Under the pieces are notes generated by a model. It was given only the letters and a program-made list of their open reading frames with translations. It was not told where the DNA came from and searched no databases. From assembly GCF_036365525.1 (NCBI RefSeq), contig NC_090399.1, positions 42,874,430 to 42,938,429 of the forward strand: a DNA stretch of 64,000 bases. The letters are read 5' to 3'. Positions 56,272-64,000 of the stretch are shown here, in pieces (within the stretch, counting starts at the first letter, position 1; every line of letters starts with the position of its first letter). A program made the position numbers and the translations under genes. This stretch comes from Heterodontus francisci (Eukaryota).

Positions 56272-56796
56272 TTCATACCACACATTAGAAGTGACGTTAA
56301 GGCATTAGAGAGAGTGCATTAGAGTCACGAGAATGGTTCCAGGGATGAGGAACTTCAGTTCTGTGGATAGTTTGGAGAAACTGGAGCTGTTCTCCTTGGA
56401 GAAGAGGAGATTTGATAGAGGTGTTCAAAATCATGAGGGGTCTGAACAGACTAGATTGGGAGAAACTGTTTCCATAACTGTTCCCATTCGCAGAAAGATT
56501 CAGAACCAGAGGACAATGATTTAAGACAATTGGCAAAAAAAAAACCAATGGTGACATGGGGAAAACCTGTTTTATATACAGCAAATGGTTAGGATCTGGA
56601 GTGCACTACCTGAGAGTGTGATGGAGGCAGATTTAATTGAGGCTTTCAAAACAGAACTGGATAATTATCTGAAGAGAAAAACAATCAGGACTATGGGGAA
56701 AAGATGGGGAGTGGGACCAGGTGAGTTGCTCTTGTAGAAAACCGATACGGCAGGCTGAATGGCCTCCTTCTGCGCTGTAACCATTCTATGATTCTG
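56272..56796 (+). mobile_element. CR1 3' fragment
   Basis: MVPGMRNFSSVDSLEKLELFSLEKRR; ends GCTGAATGGCCTCCTTCTGCGCTGTAACCATTCTATGATTCT, a CR1 (ATTCTRTG)n tail. Confidence 0.88.
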
Positions 56797-57357
56797 TAAT
56801 TCTAATAATCGTGGGTGATTTCAACAAAACAGATATTAGTTGGACGGGAGAGGTAGGTAAAGGGGAGAAGGGAATGGAGTTCCTACAATGTGTACAGGAC
56901 TCCTTTCTAACCCAATATGTAAAAAGCCCAACAAGGGAAGATCGCTCTTGGATCTAGTAATGGGGAATGAACTAGAACAGATAAGAGAAGTAAAAACAGA
57001 GGAACATCTAGGCAGTAGTGACCATAATATAACACACTTTAAGATGATGGTAGAAAAAGACTATAAGTATGACCTGGTTAACAGATTGGAGTAAAGCTGA
57101 TTTTGAGGGACTGAGAATAGAACTTGGGAAAATAAAATGGGAAAAAATATTGGCAAACGATGATGCAGATTCCAGAACAACAATGGGAAACATTGTTCAA
57201 TAGAGTGCAGGAAAATATATTCTGCTAGAAGAAAAGATCAAACTAAACACTCGTGAGACTCTATGGATGAATAAAGAAATAGGGAACAATTGAGGGTTAG
57301 CAAAGAAGCATACATTAAGTACATAGACAACAGAGGAGTGCATGATAAGAAAAAATG

Positions 57358-57632
57358 ATCTGGAATTGAAAGCTAGTCTCAGTCATGGCACCATGACTAT
57401 CATCAATTGTCATAAAAGCCCATGTGGTTCACTAATGTCTGTTAGGAAAGGAAATCTGCCGTCCTTACCTGGTCTGACCGACATGTGACTCCAGACCCAC
57501 AGCAATGTGGTTGGCTCTTAACTACCCTCTGAAATGGCCTAGCAAGCCATTCAGTTGTCAAGGGAAATTAGGGATGGGCAACAAATTCTGACCTTGCCAG
57601 CAATGCCCACATCCCAATAAAGAATTTTAAAA
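57358..57632 (+). mobile_element. Elasmobranch SINE 3' half (family name not verified)
   Basis: GGTTCACTAATGTC..GGAAATCTGCCGTCCTTACCTGGTCTG..GTGACTCCAGACCCACAGCAATGTGGTTG and tail TTAGGGATGGGCAA..GCCCACATCCCA then A-rich; recalled as a common shark interspersed repeat. Confidence 0.65.
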
Positions 57633-57719
57633 AAGTAAAAAAAACAAAAATTAGGAAAGCACAGAGGAACTCTGAAATTAAATTATCAAAGAACAAAACA
57701 AAATAGTAAAATATTGTAA

Positions 57720-58189
57720 AATACTGACCCTCCGACAGTGCAGCGCTCCCTCACTACTGACCCTCCGACAGTGCAGCGCTCCCTCACTACTGACCCTCCG
57801 ACAGTGCAGCGCTCCCTCACTACTGACCCTACGACAGTGCTGCTCTCCCTCAGTACTGACCCTCCAACAGTGCAGCGCTCTCTCAATACTGACCCTCCGA
57901 CAGTGGAACGCTCCCTCAGTACTGACCCTCCTACAGTGCAGCACTCCATCAGTAGTGACCCTCTGACAGTGCTGCTCTCCCTCAGTACTGACCCTCCGAC
58001 AGTGCAGCGCTCCCTCAGTACTGACCCTCCGACAGTGCAGCGCTCCCTCAGTACTGCCCCTCCGACAGTGCAGCGCTCCCTCGGTACTGATCCTCCGACA
58101 ATGCAGCTCTTCGTCAGTACTGACCCTCTGACAGTGCAGCACTCCATCAGTAGTGACCCACTGACAGTGCTGCACTCCCTCAGTACTGC
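57720..58189. repeat. 33-bp minisatellite (about 14 copies)
   Basis: Unit CAGTACTGACCCTCCGACAGTGCAGCGCTCCCT; 11-aa periodicity in the ORF track. Confidence 0.96.
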
Positions 58190-58284
58190 CTGTAATGAGG
58201 TCTTTTTATGTTGTCTGATGCAAATTTAATGAGATGCGTGGAGTCCAGGTTGTTGAAGAGCTCCACTAGACGCTATATAATGGA

Positions 58285-58409
58285 ATCTAAATACTGCAGA
58301 TGCTGGAATCTGAAATAGGAAACAAATTGCTGGAAATACTTAGCAGGTCTGGTAGCATCTGTGGAGAGAGGTGCTGAGTTAACGTTTCAGGTCTGTGACC
58401 TTTCATCAG
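58285..58409 (-). mobile_element. Penelope pseudo-LTR fragment with an intact minimal hammerhead core, inserted in the Gypsy LTR
   Basis: Minus strand 58,409-58,378 reads CTGATGA-A-AGGTC-ACA-GACCT-GAAAC-GTTAAC, followed by the same tail as the other PLE ends. Confidence 0.8.
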
Positions 58410-60529
58410 CTTATTACTGCTAACTTATTATACAGTACAGAACTCACTATTTACAGAACTTGCCTCTACTTGTTACAGCAGCAGTGAGACGAGCATGTAG
58501 TCACATGACTACATCCTGGCACTTAGCTCATGAGCATACCAAGATCTTAAAAGGACACTCTTAAAGACAATCACACAGCATCCCCTTCTTTCCAAAGTCT
58601 CGTGTGCTAGAATGAAAAAAAAAGAAACACTAGATAGCATCAAAATTAGTATATAGAAGGATCGAGAAAAATTTACAAGTATACAGCCGCACAAGTCTAT
58701 GTTTCGTTTTGGTGATTTGACAACTCTTGCTCGGAGAATGTGTGTCTCGGGTGTTGAGTTTCTTAATGAAGTTTCTCCATCTCTGCATTCAGTTTCTGAT
58801 GCTCTGCCTTCAGCCTGCTGACGTACTCTGTTGCTTTATTCAAGATCACCACTTTTGAGGCCTTGTCAATCTTGGAGAGTTCCGGCACCTCATCTTGAAG
58901 ATCTAACAGACAATGCTTCAACTCATTCCTCCTCTGCCTCTTGAGGGCATTGTGTGTCCTTCACCTCTCCTCATCCTCTGTGTCTGAAGCTTCAGGCTTA
59001 AGGTTGAGGAGCAGTTGAGGGAGGAGTACTTGGTCTTATGGAGATACCTGCCCGCTCTGGCTTGTTGTGGTACTGTAAGTTCTCTAGAGAGCAAAAGTGA
59101 AGGCACGGCATAGTTGTGCTATTGCTGGGTTTCCAGACTGCACCATTTGATGCTGGTCAGTCTGTGAGCGGGTTCCGGTCCTTGGAGATTTCCCCTTGGT
59201 CTCTTCTGCTGTAATGGTTACCTTAGTGACCTCATGGATGGTTATAATGTTGAGGTCCTTATACATTGGTAGTCCAACCTCTGCTTGCCTGCTCGTGTTA
59301 ACTAGGTAGAACATTTGTGGTTCCATGCTGACTTGGCATAGCTGCATTGCATTGTTAGTGTGATACTGCAAGGGAATGGATGACCTGTTGTATGCAGATA
59401 ACCTGGCAGTTGTCAGTTGTATCATTGATTTCCAGTGACTCCAGAACATATCTTTCATGATTCGGACTGGTAGTATATTTGCACGAGCTTCGGTGTCAAT
59501 CTTGACCCAGAGTGTATGTTTGTCAGCTTTCTTTGGGCACATGATGTTAAATGGAGCAAAAGTTGTTTGACTTCATCAACATGATGTGTTAGGTTCACAA
59601 TGTGGAACGCTTTCTCATCTTCTGTTTGAGAACGTCTTCTCTCAGAGTCTGGTCTCAGGTTTGTTTTGCTGTGGACTTCGTGTATCAGCTTGCATTTACT
59701 CAAGACTTTGGCATGTTCCTTGCTGCTGTTGCCCTGTTTTCTGTTTGCTTGTGTTCTACCGTGACTTCTGGCTGTGTCTCTGGAGCCAGAATTATTGCAT
59801 AGGTGTACCCAGTGTCCTTTTGCTACACGCCTTGCACAGGTCTCAAAATGCAGGACAACTTCACCATGAATAGGACCAACCACACTTACCACACAGCTTG
59901 TTTGCTCTTTTCAACCTGGTTATTGGTCTGATACTGTTGGCTACAGCTAGTGCTTGCAGGTCCTGTTGTTCAGCTACAATGGCTTCATATTTCCTGCCAT
60001 CTTGCAGCAGTGCATCAATTCTGTGACCTTTCTTTTTCCCGATGAGGTCTTTCTGAAATGCTTCAATGGGTATTCATATGAGCATCAGCTCCATTATTCG
60101 GTCAGACAGCTCAGTTTCTGAGAAGTCGCATTTATTGCCCTTACTACGGCATCTACTAATGAACTGGTCTATTGATTCCTGTGGCTGTTGCCTGTAGGAT
60201 ATCAATTCCAGGTGGTGAATTTGAAAATTCACTCTTAATCGGAGTTGATCATCCAGCACCATCCATATCTTTGCGGGATATTTCTGGTCCTCTTCAGGTA
60301 AGCCAGAGTTATTGATTCTGTGTAATCCATCAGTTCTGACTGTTAGAAGCATTTTTACAGCCTGTTTTTCTGGTACTACAATTATTTGGTCTTTAAAGCC
60401 TAATGACATTCCTTTTTGGAACAGTTTGAATTCTGATAGGATACCCAGGTCTTTCCAGTTTGTGCTGCAAAATTTGGTATCCATAGTTCTACTGCTGTTT
60501 TGCTTTAAGACAAGCTTCTATGATTCTGT

Positions 60530-60954
60530 CAGCAGGTCTGGCAGCATCTGTGGAAAGAGAAGCAGAGTTAACGTTTCGGGTCAGTGACCCTTCTTCGGAA
60601 CTGACAAATATTAGAAAAGTTGTTCAATATTCAGTGTATTTACACCTAATCTGTACTAATGCTTTGTCTTTCAACACACCATTAACATATTGTTTGCCTT
60701 TGCTCCGTGACCTTTTGGTCAGCTATGTGGCCTGGTCCAATCTGCACCTTCTCCTTTGTTATCTCTTGCCCCACCCCCACCTCACTTGCTTATAATCTGT
60801 GACTTTTCTAATATTTGTCAGTTCCGAAGAAGGGTCACTGACCCGAAACGTTAACACTGCTTCTCTTTCCACAGATGCTGCCAGACCTGCTGAGTGATTC
60901 CAGCATTTCTTGTTTTTGTTTCAGATTTCCAGCATCCGCAGTATTTTGCTTTTA
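60530..60954 (+). mobile_element. Young non-autonomous Penelope-derived fold-back element with a 14-bp TSD
   Basis: 91-bp inverted arms at 60,530-60,620 and 60,802-60,892 (1 mismatch); TTCTATGATTCTGT at 60,516-60,529 and TTCTACGATTCTGT at 60,955-60,968. Confidence 0.88.
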
Positions 60955-61059
60955 TTCTACGATTCTGTACTGCTTTCCTTTAAAAAAAAGTCTTGGCTGC
61001 TTTGATTGACAGGAGCAGGCGTTTAGCAGTGCTTGTCTGTTTATGTAGCTTCTGGCACT

Positions 61060-64000
61060 CTATTCTGTCTGTTGAAGAACATTTGTTGCTTTTAAATGAA
61101 CTTTTTGATTTATTGCAGAAAGTGGGATTGAAGGTGAACCTGAAAAAGACTCAGTTGGTGCAGAGTGAAGTCACCTCCTTGAGGGTAAAAATCTCTGCTC
61201 CAGGACTCAGTCCGGATCAGTATAAGGTCAAAGTTATTCCGAGACTCCCATTGCTTGTATCGATGACGGCATTGCCATCCTTTTTGGGATTGGTAGGATA
61301 TCGGAGAAGTTTTATCCTGAACTTTGCAGATTTGGCCGAGCCACTGTATGAATTATTGAAAGGTGATGAGGAAGATATTCGGCCAGCATGGGGGTGATAG
61401 TCACACAGAATCAGTGAATGTCTGAAAACAGGCAACAATGCAGACTACTGCCCTTATCACCCCAGACTCCAGCAGGCCTTTCCATCTGGAAGTTGGTTCA
61501 AACCCTTCCAGCCTGACAGCAGTTTTAAGTCAGCAACAGCAGATAGACGCACGTTGTGCCCTGTATTTTGAGAGAGGCAGGAAATATGTACTCAGCCTGT
61601 GAACGTCACCTTCTGGGCAGTCAATCACTTTACTTACATCACCGGACCACAGAAAGTGATTTTATATTCATCGCACATGCTCCTTAATCTTCTATTAAAA
61701 CCAAGTGATACGAAGGTGTCTTCTCAATGGATCATCAAATAGACACTTGAGTTACTGCAGCGAGACTTGGACATCACCCCCACATGAACAACTCTTTTTG
61801 CCCTGATGCTTGTGTACGAGCGAAGTCCACACCAGTGTCTATTACCTGTGTTGGAGATGGAATTAAACCCGGTAAAAGCCTGCACTATTCTGGAGGCCCG
61901 AAATGTGTACTTGTACGGCTCGTCCTATTACACTGACGGCCACCCCAAAACCGGGTGTGTCATAGTTGACATGGACACTCCTGATTGGACAATGGGAGTC
62001 CAAGTTCCTGTCCATTCATCTCAACAATCAGAGCTGATAGCTGTCATCCTCACCGTCCACTATACAGCATCAAAAGCAACTAATATTGGGTCTGATAGTG
62101 GTTACGTCTGCAATGCAGTTATGGTCTTACCCCTGTACCATAAAAATGATTGTTGTTTATCTGATGGTAAATCTTTATTACATTCTGGTCTCCTCTGTAA
62201 GCTATGGGAAGTGCTCCGGGAACGAGTCACCCTCTGTCATTAGGAAAGGTAACAGCCCATCGGAAATAGTTGGGACAAGGGATCAAATTTGGGAAGATGT
62301 GGTAAATCAAGGCAAGAGAGAAAGGGATTAATATGGGAAATGATAATCTGACTATGACAGGAAAGATTCATCACCAAACACCCAGGGTAACAATACAGCC
62401 GACTGACTTGCTCCAGAATCCGCAGAGAATGGATTCCCAGTCCCAGGGTAGGTGATGGATAAATCCAGATCCCAGGCACCTGTTGTAGCTGTTGTTACGA
62501 AAATAAAAACCATCAATTTGACAGAACTCCAAACTTTGTTCACTCCATTTGCTCAGGTTATAGAATGGCACAAACAGGGGTGTCCAGTATCACAGCCCCC
62601 CTGGTGGGCAAACTCCACAGTGATTCAACACCATGATAAAGAAAGCCCCTCCCTATTAATGATTAAAATAAGGTTGATTCATTGGTAGTTTACATTCCTC
62701 CCCACCTTAAAGAGGAAATGTTAGTACTCTTTCATTCTCACCCAATGGCTGGACATTACTCAGCCGATACTACATCACAAAAGCTAACTTGCGCCTGTCG
62801 GTGGCCAGAAATGGAGCAGCATGTAGAGCAATATGTCAATAGATGTAGACCATGTTTGCAAGTTAATCCTCCTTCCTGTTCGAATCGCGCCCTACTCCGG
62901 TCACAACCTCCTCCTAATGGCCCGTGGACACACTTACAGATTGATTTTATTGGTCCCTTTACAAAGTCTCAGGGAAACTATGAGTTTGGTCTTGTGGTGG
63001 TGGACCAATTTACAAAATGGATGGAGGCCTTCCCAACCAGGAATAATAAAGTACATACGGCCACACAATTCCTTTTGCGTGAGGTGTTCTGTCGGTAGGG
63101 AATACCGAGACAGGTGGTTAGCGATCAGGGTCCACACTTTACAGGGGACATTTTTACTGCCCTGCAGGACATGCTCCAAATAAGGCAGAAATTGCACATT
63201 ACACACCACCCGCAATCATCAGGGATTGTGGAAAGGAGTAATCGTACTTTGAAAACCAGAACACCCCACTCAATTGGCTGACATGAAGCCTCTATGTTTG
63301 ATGACAATATGTTCCACCCGTCATAAGGCAATAGGGATAAGTCCATATGAGGCTATGACTGGGAGACAAATGCAGATACCGGGACAATAACTCTGGGGAA
63401 TAGAACGTCATTAAAACTACAGCCATGTCGTCAGAAGTGGTTGCAGACAATGATAGACCACGTGGAATAAGTGAACAGACTGGTGGCAGAAAACCTGGGA
63501 AGGTCACAAAATCAAGTTAAACAATGTTTTGACGAGAAAGTCAAACCATTTGAATATGGGGTTGCAGATCAAGTAAAATAACAACATTTCTCCCCTAAAA
63601 AAAACACCTTTTGATGTGAAATGGGTCAGTCCCCAGACCATAACTGATAAATTAAACCCAGCTGTAAACTATTGAATGTGCCACACGGTCCAAAAAAAGA
63701 ACCAAAGTTAAGGTGATTCCATATTAATCAGATGGAAACTGTTAAGGATTAAGATGTTACATTTGCTCTACCTACAGGTGAGAATGTGGACCTGCATGCT
63801 TGAATTAATACTTGGAAAGACAGTGAACACAATAAACACAACAATAACATTCAGGACACCATTATTCACTGTACTCTGGACAAAGCAGGTGAATGTGCTC
63901 CACTTTGCAATTTATGGATCAGAACCTCAGATTTTTGGTGGACATAAAGTTAATGAGTCACAATGACTCTTACAAGACATACGAGGAGGATCTCCCAGTT
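61060..64000 (+). mobile_element. Degenerate endogenous retrovirus-like pol (RT end, tether, separate RNase H, integrase) and possible env start
   Basis: RT: GLKVNLKKTQL..SFLGLVGYRRSFILNFADLAEPLYELLK. Tether: PDSSRPFHLEV..YSACERHL. RNase H: LYGSSY..SSQQSELIAV..NIGSDSGY. IN: HSHPMAGH..CRPC..WTHLQIDFIGP..VVVDQFTKWMEAFP..SDQGPHF..HHPQSSGIVERSNRTLK. Multiple stops and frameshifts. Confidence 0.88.

Larger units (their letters stand above)
54860..57355 (+). mobile_element. Old CR1 endonuclease region split by nested insertions
   Basis: KLKYLWCNAHSICNKTGELEA..VVGMSETW at 54,870-55,000; resumes as IIVGDFN at about 56,805 and SLLDLVMGNE..EHLGSSDHNI at 56,940-57,030. Confidence 0.85.
58191..61055 (-). 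mobile_element. Gypsy-type LTR retrotransposon remnant: gag + protease, PPT and 3' LTR; RT/RNaseH/IN absent
   Basis: Gag RQQPQESIDQFISRCRSKGNKCDF (60,074-60,484); zinc knuckle CKACSKKGHWVHLC near 59,800-59,840; protease VKIDTEARANILP; minus-strand PPT AAAGAAGGGGA (58,581-58,591) abutting a TG...CA block at 58,191-58,580. Confidence 0.85.

Noticed and set aside
40190-58229. Repetitive ORFs in the 63-, 50-, 15- and 33-bp arrays (e.g. QYPVWHCPSH, SHPSD, HCRRVSTEG) as metal-binding repeat proteins
   Set aside because: Open frames follow from unit lengths divisible by 3 or stop-poor composition. They are often open on both strands and have no splice or promoter context.

Overview
Repeat-dominated vertebrate genomic DNA. 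The HE1/V-SINE, CR1, RTE and Penelope families point to an elasmobranch (shark/ray). Positions 1-36,095 are one tandem array of a 39-45 bp unit (29-bp constant core plus a variable tail; about 850 copies) with nested higher-order duplications. The rest is a patchwork of degenerate CR1 and RTE LINEs, Penelope-like elements with minimal hammerhead motifs, SINEs, LTR elements, an old retrovirus-like pol, and four minisatellites. The only convincing host-gene signal is on the minus strand: a 49-nt signal-peptide exon (MIGLIVLVLLCGGVSA, phase-1 donor, 44,625-44,673). It lies under a compact kappaB / X1-X2 / Y / CCAAT promoter with canonical X-Y spacing, which is the architecture of an MHC gene, most likely class I. 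No alpha1 exon is visible downstream. Intron 1 is therefore at least 44.6 kb, or the exon is orphaned. That intron begins with a 63-bp minisatellite that re-copies the splice donor and contains the 36-kb satellite, G-rich on the sense strand. All ORFs in the repeat arrays are judged artefacts. Family assignments are from recalled motifs, not database searches.
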